Origin: Burkholderiales bacterium
Lineage (GTDB): Bacteria; Pseudomonadota; Gammaproteobacteria; Burkholderiales; Burkholderiaceae_C
Reading direction: 5' to 3'
DNA: 64,000 nt
NCBI GenBank assembly: GCA_947464185.1
Contig: CANHVY010000018.1
Span: 3,220-67,219 of the forward strand
Numbering within the stretch: the first letter of the stretch is position 1; each line of letters opens with the position of its first letter. Positions 50,450 through 59,294 of the stretch are shown in pieces. Made by a program: the position numbers and the translations under genes. The notes below the pieces were generated by a model. That model searched no databases. It saw nothing but the letters and a program-made list of their open reading frames with translations, and had not been told where the DNA came from.

Positions 50450-51459
50450 ACATCGAACACTTGTATTCCGCGGCTGCACGGATCGCAGCCGCCAACCCGC
50501 TGCTGCAGATCGGCCCGGCGCTGGCTCCCCTGGCCGCCACCCGGCCCGGGGATGTCGATCTCTCCGCCCTGGAGGCCTCTGCCCGGATCGCCGCGCGGAT
50601 GCTGGGCTTCGTCGAGGCCGACGCTGCCGTCATCGCGTGCGCCTGGCAGGCCCGTGCGCAGCGCTCCGGACGAGGGGCCCTCACGGAAGCAAGGATCGAG
50701 GAAGGCGCCGATGTCGATCCGCTGGACCTCAGCTGGCCTGACGATCCGGTCGATTTCGGCATTCCCCCCTGGCCGAGGAAAGACGCGTTCGCTCCTTGCC
50801 CGGAGGACCTGGGGCTGTACGTGGTGGCACCCGATGCCCAGTGGATCGCCAGGCTGGCCCAGTGGGGCGTGCCCACGGTGCAACTGCGCTACAAGCCGGC
50901 CATGGGGACGGAGCCGGTCAGCCGTGAGGTTCAGGCCCAGGTGCGCGAAGCCGTACGCGCCGTCGAAGGAACGGCCACGCGTCTGTTCATCAACGATCAC
51001 TGGCGCATCGCCTTGGAAGAAGGCGCCTACGGGGTGCATCTTGGGCAGGAAGACCTGAGCACGCTGTCGGGGGCGGAGCTGGAGCGCATGCGCCAAGCCG
51101 GGTTGAGGCTCGGCCTCAGCACCCATGGCTACGCCGAGATGCTGCGTGCAGACGCCGTCGGCCCCAGCTACCTGGCCATGGGGGCGGTCTACCCCACCAC
51201 TCTCAAGGAGATGCCGACGGCTCCGCAAGGCCCCCACCGCCTGGCTGCGTACGTCCGGCTCATGCGAGGACGCCCCCTCGTGGCCATCGGGGGCATTGAC
51301 GATACGCGCCTTGACGAGGTGGGGCGGTCGGGCGTCGGCTCGGTGGCCGTGGTGCGGGCCGTCATCGGCGCCGCCGACCCCGAGGCGGCGGCCAGATCAC
51401 TGATGCACAGGATGTCCGCTTTCCCTCTGGCTTTCAATTCCAGCTCGCCGCTCTTCTGA
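50446..51459 (+). CDS. thiE: Thiamine-phosphate synthase with ~120-aa N-terminal extension
   Basis: ThiE blocks in the C-terminal ~210 aa (VQLRYK, LFINDHW, GVHLGQEDL, LGLSTHG, VAIGGI). ATGA overlap with the thiG stop. Confidence 0.85.
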   Translation: MNIEHLYSAAARIAAANPLLQIGPALAPLAATRPGDVDLSALEASARIAARMLGFVEADAAVIACAWQARAQRSGRGALTEARIEEGADVDPLDLSWPDDPVDFGIPPWPRKDAFAPCPEDLGLYVVAPDAQWIARLAQWGVPTVQLRYKPAMGTEPVSREVQAQVREAVRAVEGTATRLFINDHWRIALEEGAYGVHLGQEDLSTLSGAELERMRQAGLRLGLSTHGYAEMLRADAVGPSYLAMGAVYPTTLKEMPTAPQGPHRLAAYVRLMRGRPLVAIGGIDDTRLDEVGRSGVGSVAVVRAVIGAADPEAAARSLMHRMSAFPLAFNSSSPLF

Positions 51460-51587
51460 GCAGGCCCGGTTGAGGACGGCGCAAGATCTTGCGGACCATG
51501 CCGCGCGCCGGCCCACGCGGCAGCGCCAGCGGCCCCTTGGGCGATGTCGACGTGATCCGGCTGCGCCAGTGAGGTGAGCGCGAGGCC

Positions 51588-52214
51588 TCAGCCCAGCGAC
51601 ACCGCAAATCCACGCTGCACCGCGGGCCGGGCCATCATCTGCTCGTACCAGCGCTTCACGTTCGGGTAGTCGGCCAGGTTCACCTGGTGGCGGTCGTGGC
51701 GCCAGGCCCAGCCCAGGATGGCGAAATCGGCCACCGAGATCTCGCCCGCAAAATGCTCGTGCTGCGCCAGGCGGCGGTCCATCACGCCGTAGAGGCGGTG
51801 GGTCTCCTTGCCGTAGCGCTCCAGGCCGTAGCGCTGGTCCTGGGGGTCTTTCACTGTGAGGAAGTGGTGCACCTGCCCGGGCATGGGGCCGAAGCCGCCC
51901 ATCTGCCACATCAGCCATTCCAGCACCGGCACGCGCTGGCGCAAATCCCGCGGCAGGAAGCGCCCCGTCTTCTCGGCCAGGTACAGCAGGATGGCACCGG
52001 ACTCGAACACGCTGATCGGCGCACCACCCGGCCCGTCGGGGTCGACGATGGCAGGGATGCGGTTGTTCGGGCTTATCTTCAGAAAGGCCTCGCCGAACTG
52101 CTCGCCCTTGCCAATGTTGATGGGGTGGACCTGGTAGCTCAGGCCCATTTCCTCCAGCGCCACGCTGATCTTGCGGCCGTTGGGGGTGTTCCAGGTGTAG
52201 AAGTCGATGGTCAT
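51588..52214 (-). CDS. Glutathione S-transferase family protein (YfcG/Nu-class-like)
   Basis: N-terminal thioredoxin-fold pattern YTWNTPNGRKISVALEEMGL and GEQF...ISPNNRIPAIVD. The start was trimmed to ATG at 52214. Confidence 0.85.
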   Translation of the reverse strand: MTIDFYTWNTPNGRKISVALEEMGLSYQVHPINIGKGEQFGEAFLKISPNNRIPAIVDPDGPGGAPISVFESGAILLYLAEKTGRFLPRDLRQRVPVLEWLMWQMGGFGPMPGQVHHFLTVKDPQDQRYGLERYGKETHRLYGVMDRRLAQHEHFAGEISVADFAILGWAWRHDRHQVNLADYPNVKRWYEQMMARPAVQRGFAVSLG

Positions 52215-52227
52215 GGGACGTCCTTGG

Positions 52228-55200
52228 TCAGATGAGACGGAGCAATTCATGCGCTTGTCGGAGGCCGCGGGTCGCGCGCGTCCACCACTGGGAGAAGCTG
52301 CTGCAGGGGCGCTCCACGGGTGGGAACAGGCCGGGTGATGGCTCGCACTGCGCCACGGCAGGCAGCCAGGCTTGCAGATGCGGGTCGCTCACGCTGCGCA
52401 CCGAGGCCGCGCCGTGCAGAGCGCGTTGGAGCTCCGCCGTGCTCGCCCACCAGCAATTTGAAGTCACACCGGCCATGGCCGCATGCACCCAGCGCCAGCG
52501 CGCTTCAGGCCACGGCCAAGTCTGGTGATGCTCGCGCAGGAAAACGCCGATGACGAAGGTGCCCTCAGGCAAGTCCAGCGGGGGCGGCCGCAGCGCCCAG
52601 GGGTGCACCAGCCACACATGGCGGCCTTGCAAGGACTTCACATCGCCGGCGGCCGGCCTCGTCAAGCCCAGGTCTGCAGGTGGGCTGTGCAGGAGCGGCG
52701 GCTCGGAGATGCCGCCTGGCGTCAACGCGAAGGTACGCGGCGGCGGCCCGGATCGCCCGGGGTGCTCACCCCGGGCCAGCCGATCCAGCGCCTCGTAGCT
52801 CTGGTCCACCACCGTGCTCGGGCTGTGCCAGTGCGGCGGGGCGTACCGCGCCACGTTCTCGGCGTTGAACAGGTAAGGCTTGTGGCTGCCCGTGCCGGCC
52901 ACCCACTGCCAGCTCAGGTGGTTGCTGGCCAGGTCGCCGTCCAGCAGGTGCGCCACCATCCAGTCCGCCCCGGCGCGCCAGTGCACCTGGCGCAGGTGCA
53001 CCACGTAGCTGGCCAGCCACATGCGGGCGTGGTTGTGCAGCGTGCCCGTGGTGTAGAGCGTGCGCACGGCCTCGTCCACCACCGGCACGCCTGTGCGCGC
53101 CTGGCGGATGTCGGCCGGCAGCTCCCTGGCGTAGGCGCCGTCAGGGCGCGGGCCGGGATGGACAGAAGTCAGGATGCCGTCACCCAGGTGGCCCCAGGCA
53201 TGGCGGAAGAACTCGCGCCAGCCCAGTTCGAACACCAGCTTGTGCTGCACCTCCAGCGGCCCGCGCTCCAGCACGCCGGCCAGCACCTCGGGCAGCGTCA
53301 CCAGGCCGTGGGTGATGTAGGGCGACAGGCCCGTCACCGCCCCTTCCAGGTGGTTGCGCGTGCGGGCATAGGCCGTGGGCCGCACCTGTCGCACGCGCTC
53401 CAGCGCAGCGCTGCGGGTGGGCGGCAAGGCGTCCGCCCAGGTTGAGGCAGGCGCCACAGGTGCAGGGTTGAGCCGCGCAGCCAGTTTGGCAAAGAAGTCC
53501 AGGCTGGCGGGGTTGAGCATGGCGTCCGCGCTGGCCACCTGGTGACGGGGCTGGCCCAGCAGCAGCTTGCGCACCGGCACCTCCATCTTCTTGCCCGTCA
53601 GCGTGCGGGGAATCTCCGCCACCTGCATCACCTCGTCGGGCACATGCCGGGCCGAGGCCTTGGTGCGGATCTCGTTCGCGATGCGGGCCTTCAGCGCCTC
53701 GTCCAGCACGCAGCCGGGCTGCAGCACCACGAACAGCGGCAGGAAGGAAGGCCGGCCCAGGTACTCCAGGTCGACCACCAGGCTGTCCCGCACCTCGGGC
53801 AGTTCCTCCACCACACGGTAGATCTCGGCCGTGCCCATGCGGATGCCGAAGCGGTTGATGGTGCTGTCGGAGCGGCCGTAGATCACCGAGGTGCCGCGCG
53901 GGGTGAAGCGGATCCAGTCGCCATGGCGCCACACCCCGGGAAAGGTCTCGAAGTAGCTCTCCAGGTAGCGGCGTTGGCCAGGGTCGTTCCAGAAGTACAG
54001 CGGCATGGACGGCATGGGCTGCGTGATCACCAGCTCGCCCACCTCGTCGGTCACGGGCTGGCCCGCCTCGTTGTACGCACACGCGGCCACGCCCAGCTCG
54101 GCGTGCTGGATCTCGCCCGCCGTCACCGGCAAGCCGGGCGCGCAGGCCACGAAGCCCGAGGCGATGTCCGTGCCGCCGCTGATGGAGGCCAGCCAGACAT
54201 CAGGCTTCACGTCCGCGTACACCCATCGATAGGCCTCGATGGGCAAGGGCGAGCCGGTGGAGTTGAGGGCGCGCAGCGCCGTCAAGGCAGCGAAGTCCCG
54301 CGGCCGCAGCCCGTCCTTCATGCAGTTGACCAGGAAGGCCGCTCCGCACCCCAGCAAGGTCACGCCCTGCTCGTCGATGAAGCGCCACAGCGCCTGGCTG
54401 TCGGGCCAGGCCGGGTTGCCGTCGTACAGCACGATGGACGCCCCCGTCAGCAGCCCGCCCACCTGCAGGTTCCACACGATCCAGCCCGTGCCGCCCAGGA
54501 ACAACATCCGGTCGCCCGCGCGCAGATCGTGCTGCAGGGCCAGGGTCTTCAGGTGCGTGAGCACGATGCCGCCATGCCCGTGCACCATGGCCTTGGGCAG
54601 GCCCGTGGTGCCCGAGGAGTAGACGATCCACAGCGGATGGTCGAAGGGCAGGCGCTCGAAGCGCAGCTCGGCCGGCTGCGCCACCGCCTCGGCCCAGCTC
54701 ACGCAGTCACGCCAGGCGGCCGGCGGCTGCGCGGCCGCGGGCCCGGGCACGTGCACCACGGTGCGGATGCTCGGCAGCTCACGCAGCAGTTCGGCCACCA
54801 CGTCCGCTCGGTGGTGGATCTTGCCGTTGTGGTGCACGCTGTCGGTGGCCAGCAGCAGCTTGGGCTCGATCTGGCGCAGACGGTCCAGCACCACCGTGGC
54901 GCCCATGTCGGGCCCACAGCTCGACCAGACGGCGCCAATGCTGGCACAGGCCAGGAAGGCCACCACCGTCTCCGCGCGGTTGGGCAGGTAGGCGGCCACC
55001 CGGTCGCCCGCCCCCACGCCCAGCGCACGCAGGCGTTCGGCCAAGGCGCCTGTGTCGCGCTGCAAGTCCGCCCAGGACACCTGCTGCACGGGCGCATCCT
55101 CCCGGCGGGTGATGAGGGCCGGGCGCGCGTCGGTGGCGTTACGGAACACATGCTCCGCGTAGTTCAGCCTGGCGTTCGGGAACCACGACGCACCAGGCAT

Positions 55201-55542
55201 CTGGCGCGACCCCAGCACCGGCTGGCAAGAGCCATCGGCCAGTACCTGGAAGTGGTCCCAGATGGACTGCCAGAAGGGCTCGATGTGATCGACCGACCAG
55301 CGCCACAGGTCTCGGTAGTCGGCAAACGCCAGCCCGCGTTCAGCCTGCAGCCAGCGTTCGTAGGCCGCCAGGGCCGACGCGGCCACCTGCTCTGGCGCCG
55401 GTTGCCACAGCAGCGTGCCCTCGACGGGCGCAGGGGAAGTGGGAGGGTTCAAGACAGGGCCTGAAGAGAAACGGCCGCGCAGAATACGGCACCGCCAGCC
55501 CCGCCGCAGATCCCGGGCCGGGCACCCCCGCGGCGCAGTCAA
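52228..55542 (-). CDS. Acetoacetyl-CoA synthetase fused in frame to a photolyase/cryptochrome-like FAD-binding module
   Basis: Residues ~30-690 match acetoacetate-CoA ligase (YSSGTTGLPKAMVH, YGRSDSTINRFGIRMGTAEIY, ...NPASLDFF). Residues ~705-925 carry photolyase FAD-domain blocks (TGLSPYITHG, LHNHARMWLASY, DGDLASNHLSWQWVAGTG). No stop codon separates them. The first ~30 aa are Arg-rich, so a TTG start at 55452 is a plausible alternative. Confidence 0.75.
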   Translation of the reverse strand: MTAPRGCPARDLRRGWRCRILRGRFSSGPVLNPPTSPAPVEGTLLWQPAPEQVAASALAAYERWLQAERGLAFADYRDLWRWSVDHIEPFWQSIWDHFQVLADGSCQPVLGSRQMPGASWFPNARLNYAEHVFRNATDARPALITRREDAPVQQVSWADLQRDTGALAERLRALGVGAGDRVAAYLPNRAETVVAFLACASIGAVWSSCGPDMGATVVLDRLRQIEPKLLLATDSVHHNGKIHHRADVVAELLRELPSIRTVVHVPGPAAAQPPAAWRDCVSWAEAVAQPAELRFERLPFDHPLWIVYSSGTTGLPKAMVHGHGGIVLTHLKTLALQHDLRAGDRMLFLGGTGWIVWNLQVGGLLTGASIVLYDGNPAWPDSQALWRFIDEQGVTLLGCGAAFLVNCMKDGLRPRDFAALTALRALNSTGSPLPIEAYRWVYADVKPDVWLASISGGTDIASGFVACAPGLPVTAGEIQHAELGVAACAYNEAGQPVTDEVGELVITQPMPSMPLYFWNDPGQRRYLESYFETFPGVWRHGDWIRFTPRGTSVIYGRSDSTINRFGIRMGTAEIYRVVEELPEVRDSLVVDLEYLGRPSFLPLFVVLQPGCVLDEALKARIANEIRTKASARHVPDEVMQVAEIPRTLTGKKMEVPVRKLLLGQPRHQVASADAMLNPASLDFFAKLAARLNPAPVAPASTWADALPPTRSAALERVRQVRPTAYARTRNHLEGAVTGLSPYITHGLVTLPEVLAGVLERGPLEVQHKLVFELGWREFFRHAWGHLGDGILTSVHPGPRPDGAYARELPADIRQARTGVPVVDEAVRTLYTTGTLHNHARMWLASYVVHLRQVHWRAGADWMVAHLLDGDLASNHLSWQWVAGTGSHKPYLFNAENVARYAPPHWHSPSTVVDQSYEALDRLARGEHPGRSGPPPRTFALTPGGISEPPLLHSPPADLGLTRPAAGDVKSLQGRHVWLVHPWALRPPPLDLPEGTFVIGVFLREHHQTWPWPEARWRWVHAAMAGVTSNCWWASTAELQRALHGAASVRSVSDPHLQAWLPAVAQCEPSPGLFPPVERPCSSFSQWWTRATRGLRQAHELLRLI

Positions 55543-55576
55543 CTCGCCGCCTCATCCAGCACGAGGGCCCCGAGAG

Positions 55577-56455
55577 ATGAAGCTCGTCAGCTACAACATC
55601 CAGTACGGCAAGGGCAAGGACGGCCGCTTCGACCTGGGCCGCATCGCCGCTGCGCTGCAAGGCGCCGATGTGATCGCGCTGCAGGAGGTGGAGCGCCACT
55701 GGCCGCGCTCGGGCGACCAGGACCAACCGGCCGAACTCGCCCGCCTGCTGGGCGGGGCGTACCACGGGGTCTATGGCCCCGGTTTCGATGTCGATGCCGG
55801 CGGCAGCACCCCCGGCGCACGGCGGCGCCAGTTCGGCAACATGGTGCTGTCGCGCTGGCCCATCCTGTCGTCGCGCCACCACCTGCTGCCCAAGATGGGC
55901 CTCACGCGGCAGTTCAGCCTGCAACGCTCGGTGATCGAGACCGTCATCGCACCGCCCGGCACCGCCCCGCTGCGCGTGCACTCCCTGCACCTCAGCCACG
56001 TGGGCGATGGCGACCGGGCCGCCCAGGTGGAGCGCCTGCTGCAGCTGCACCGTGAAGCGCCCCTGGAGGGCGGCGCCTGGTGTGGCACCCATGCCGACGC
56101 CGACTGGACGCTGGGCCTGCCGCCCCCGCCCATGCCCGCTGAAGCCGTCTACCTGGGCGACTTCAACCTGGCGCCGGACTCGCCGCTGTACACCCGGCTG
56201 GTAGGCCCCTGGTCGCCCGACTATGGCCGCATGAGCCACCACGGCGGCCTGGTGGACGCCTGGGTGGCCGCCGGCGGCACCGAGCACGACCCCGCCGCCT
56301 GGACTTGCGACAGCTGCGAACCCCCGCAGCGCCGCCGGCGCATCGACCACTGCCTGCTCAGCACCGAGATGGCGCACCGCGTGCGCCGCTGCTGGATAGA
56401 CCATGCCGCCACGGGCTCGGACCACCAGCCCTTGTGGGTGGAGTTGGAGGGCTGA
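55577..56455 (+). CDS. Endonuclease/exonuclease/phosphatase (EEP) family protein
   Basis: EEP blocks KLVSYNIQYG, IALQEV, LGDFNL and GSDHQPLWVEL. The start was trimmed to ATG at 55577. Confidence 0.8.
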   Translation: MKLVSYNIQYGKGKDGRFDLGRIAAALQGADVIALQEVERHWPRSGDQDQPAELARLLGGAYHGVYGPGFDVDAGGSTPGARRRQFGNMVLSRWPILSSRHHLLPKMGLTRQFSLQRSVIETVIAPPGTAPLRVHSLHLSHVGDGDRAAQVERLLQLHREAPLEGGAWCGTHADADWTLGLPPPPMPAEAVYLGDFNLAPDSPLYTRLVGPWSPDYGRMSHHGGLVDAWVAAGGTEHDPAAWTCDSCEPPQRRRRIDHCLLSTEMAHRVRRCWIDHAATGSDHQPLWVELEG

Positions 56456-56746
56456 GGGGCTTGGTGGGGGCCTGGCGTCGTGGCCCGGTGCACGGAAGAA
56501 GTCTTCCAACGTGCTCCGCATGCTGGCTCACCCCATGAGCCACATGGCCATCAGACTCGCATCCATGCATCAATCATCAAGCCCCCAGCAAAGTGGTATC
56601 CCCTGGCCTGCAAACCGAATCTCGACAGCCCATCCCGCTGCCCCGGAGTTGCCGCCGGCAGAGCCATGCCGAACAGGGCCGAAGCAAGGAAGGCCCTGTC
56701 GCCTACAGGGTTCTGACAGCTGATTGACGTGCATCAGAATCTGCCC

Positions 56747-57415
56747 ATGATCACGTTCACCGTTCGGGCGACGCTGCGCGCTCCCATCATTCGCCGGGGG
56801 TTCGTCACGTTGGACGCCCTGCTGATGGCGGTGCTCGGTCGGGGGGACGTGTCAGACCTTCTGCGGTGCGAAGACGGGTTGTATTTCGCCAGCGCCGGCA
56901 CGGTGGCGGCCGGTACCCCTCAGCAGACCGCTTCTTTCGTGGCCAGCATGCGGCCTGAACACTCGCCGCAGTGGCTGGACGTCGTCGCCCCCAACACTGC
57001 CAATGCCGACATCGGTTTTGCCGAAGGCGCCAAGGGCCGTGGCCGGCTGAACGACCTCAGGGTCGGCCTGTCCCGTCAGCGGGAAGGTGGCAACGTCATC
57101 AATGCTTATCGGGCCCAGGCCAGCACAGAAATCGAGTGGTATGCCACCGGCAGGCCTGAGGAAGTTCTGGCGGCATTGAAGGACGTGCCTTTCATCGGCA
57201 AACGCAGAACCGCAGGCTACGGCGAAGTCAGCCGCTGGGTGGTGACCCCAGGCGACTTGGACGGCGTGTCGGGTTACCTTGACGAGCCCCTCAGACCCGT
57301 TCCCGTGGACCGCTGGAAGCTGGGCGGTGACTGGATTGCCGTGGAAGCCGCCTGGAAAGCGCCTTATTGGGACGTACGCAATCGCGCGAAGTGCTTCGTG
57401 CCCTTCATCTCATGA
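56747..57415 (+). CDS. RAMP-superfamily protein, Cas5/Csf3-like candidate (first gene of the cas operon)
   Basis: N-terminal beta-strand/helix pattern MITFTVRATLRAPII..FVTLDALLMAVLG, and a glycine-rich loop FIGKRRTAGYGEV near the C-terminal third. Translationally coupled (ATGA) to the next ORF. An alternative GTG start lies at 56729. The family assignment is by eye only. Confidence 0.5.
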   Translation: MITFTVRATLRAPIIRRGFVTLDALLMAVLGRGDVSDLLRCEDGLYFASAGTVAAGTPQQTASFVASMRPEHSPQWLDVVAPNTANADIGFAEGAKGRGRLNDLRVGLSRQREGGNVINAYRAQASTEIEWYATGRPEEVLAALKDVPFIGKRRTAGYGEVSRWVVTPGDLDGVSGYLDEPLRPVPVDRWKLGGDWIAVEAAWKAPYWDVRNRAKCFVPFIS

Positions 57416-57822
57416 ACGGGGCCGAGTTCTTCATGGAGCACGCCGGCTACCGGCTGCTGCCCGAGGCGCTGGTGACCGGTGACGCCGTGGACGATGCAGG
57501 CTCGCTGTTCAATATCTCGCTGCCTTTGCACACGGGCTCGAAACTGCACTTATCCGCCTGCTGGATGGTGGTCACCCCGCAGTGGACGGCCACCAGCTTC
57601 AAGGCCTTGCCGGTGGCGGGATTTCGACTTGGAGGGGAACGGGCTGTCGCCATGCTGGAAGCCTTGAAGTCGGGTGAGCCGTGCCTGATCCTGGAGTTAC
57701 GCAGGCGCACCCTGAGGCCACGGGATCTGTTTGTGACGTATGACCCACGGGCCACCCGCATCTGTTCCGCGGGCTTGACCAGGACCCTGGACGCCACGCA
57801 GGAGAAGTGGTGGACATCCTGA
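57412..57822 (+). CDS. Small cas-operon protein of unknown family (possible minimal large/small-subunit substitute)
   Basis: 136-aa ORF, coupled on both sides by overlaps (ATGA at 57412-57415; 16-nt overlap with the next gene). No CxxC zinc-finger and no motif I can recognise. Confidence 0.4.
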   Translation: MNGAEFFMEHAGYRLLPEALVTGDAVDDAGSLFNISLPLHTGSKLHLSACWMVVTPQWTATSFKALPVAGFRLGGERAVAMLEALKSGEPCLILELRRRTLRPRDLFVTYDPRATRICSAGLTRTLDATQEKWWTS

Positions 57823-58292
57823 TCGACAAACCCGCCAAGGTGCGGGGTTACGCCTTGCACCGGCTGGTCGCACAGTACCTTCAGGGCCGACCGGCGCTTT
57901 GGGCGGACGAAGGTCAGCAAGTTCGCATTCGCCTCAAGGACGCCGCACCGCCTGAGTACGAAGTGGGCAAGGTGCTGGGCTTCACCGTCCGCGCCTGCGT
58001 CTCTTACAGCACCAAGAACCACCACCGGTACCTCCCGCTGGACGACTGGCGGGGCCGGCGGCACTGGCTGGAGTCCAAAGCGGGCGGGTGGGGCTTTGAG
58101 GTGCTGGGGGTGCATGTGCGCGGCGCCATGTCCCTCATCGAAGCCCATGACGGGCGCAGGTTCACGGTGGACGCCACCGAATTCACCGGCATCCTGCGCG
58201 TCACCGACCCCGTAGCCTTTTCAAGCTGCCTTGTCACCGGAATCGGCAAGGTGGGGCGTGCGTTCGGCCTGGGGCTTCTCATCGTTCAGTGA
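57807..58292 (+). CDS. cas6: Short Cas6-family (Cas6e/Csf5-like) crRNA endoribonuclease candidate
   Basis: The C-terminal glycine-rich loop GIGKVGRAFGLGLLIV matches the Cas6e-type G-loop (GIGrakAFGcGLL). At 161 aa it is shorter than typical Cas6e. GTG start. Confidence 0.55.
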   Translation: MVDILIDKPAKVRGYALHRLVAQYLQGRPALWADEGQQVRIRLKDAAPPEYEVGKVLGFTVRACVSYSTKNHHRYLPLDDWRGRRHWLESKAGGWGFEVLGVHVRGAMSLIEAHDGRRFTVDATEFTGILRVTDPVAFSSCLVTGIGKVGRAFGLGLLIVQ

Positions 58293-58319
58293 CCAACCAT
58301 CCACCACAGGGGGCCATCC

Positions 58320-59288
58320 ATGACACCAGCCTTCATCTTGGCCGACGTGCTCGTTCACACCGTCCAGCCGCTGACCTACACGCACCACGGCGTGAAGGAC
58401 CTGCCCTTGATGACCCGGGGCGTGGACGGCGAAGGCAAGCCTCAACGCACGGTCTACATCCCGGCCGCGCAGTTTCGTGGGCGTTTGCGGCACGAGGCGG
58501 CCCTGGCTGAATTGCGCGCACGGCCCGCCAAGGTCAAGCTGGAGGACGCCTACATGCTCGCCCTGGGCCAGGACCTGGACCCGGAAGAAGATGAGGAACC
58601 CGAGGCCATTCGCCTGGGTGACCAGATCAAGTTCCGCAAGGACAACCCCTTTCTGGACCTCTTCGGCACCTGGAAGGTGGCCAGCCGGCTGTACGTGTCC
58701 CACCTGATGCCTGAGGTGAACCTGATGCCCGACCGTGTCAGCCACATCCGGCGTGACCTCGACAGTGACGAAGACATGATGGGGCTGCTGGGAGATGACG
58801 AGCAGAACCGGATGTACGACCGGCAAACCAAGCAAGCGATGGCCTCCAAGGTGGGCACGCTCATCAAGCAGGCTGAAGCGGCGCTGAAGACAGCCCGCAA
58901 GCAACGCGACACGGCCCTGGTCGACCAGCTAGAAGCAAACCTCAAGGAGTTGAAAGACCTCAAGAAGCAACGCAAGGGCGATGACGAGTCCGACAACACC
59001 AAGCTCCTCGTGGAGTTGCAGGTGATTCCCGCAGGGATTGACCTGCTGGGCAAGATCACGGTTCAGGGCCCGCGCCCGTCAGACCTGATGTATCTCACCC
59101 AGGCGTTTGAAGCCTTGAGCCTCAAGCCCATGCTGGGCGCGCAGCGGGCACGCGGCTGTGGCGAGGTGCGGGGGCAGGCCAGCTTCCGGCTGCCGACTGG
59201 TGAACCTCTGGCCACAGTGGCGTTCGGGGGCTTCGTGCCGACACCGACACAGTGGACGGATGCAGGCCGGGCGTTCATGAACGCCTGA
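58320..59288 (+). CDS. cas7: Cas7-family backbone subunit (Csf2-like) with charged helical insertion
   Basis: RAMP/Cas7 signatures IPAAQFRGRLRH (compare IPGSSlKGalR), NPFLDLFG, and the G-rich loop GAQRARGCGEV. Residues ~145-226 are a Lys/Glu/Asp-rich predicted helical insertion. Confidence 0.6.
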   Translation: MTPAFILADVLVHTVQPLTYTHHGVKDLPLMTRGVDGEGKPQRTVYIPAAQFRGRLRHEAALAELRARPAKVKLEDAYMLALGQDLDPEEDEEPEAIRLGDQIKFRKDNPFLDLFGTWKVASRLYVSHLMPEVNLMPDRVSHIRRDLDSDEDMMGLLGDDEQNRMYDRQTKQAMASKVGTLIKQAEAALKTARKQRDTALVDQLEANLKELKDLKKQRKGDDESDNTKLLVELQVIPAGIDLLGKITVQGPRPSDLMYLTQAFEALSLKPMLGAQRARGCGEVRGQASFRLPTGEPLATVAFGGFVPTPTQWTDAGRAFMNA

Positions 59289-59294
59289 GTTCAC

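Noticed and set aside
56520-56545. A possible att-like direct repeat of the tRNA-Asn 3' end at the left edge of the island (TGCTGGCTCACCCCATGAGCC vs TGGCTCCCCGACCTGGGCTC)
   Set aside because: The similarity is limited to TGGCTC plus scattered matches, which is not distinguishable from chance in GC-rich DNA. The island borders therefore remain undefined.
56712-56739. A candidate sigma70 promoter for the cas operon (CTGACA-N16-CAGAAT) just upstream of the first cas ORF
   Set aside because: The match to consensus is weak, and it would leave essentially no 5' UTR before the ATG at 56747. It cannot be supported without transcript mapping.
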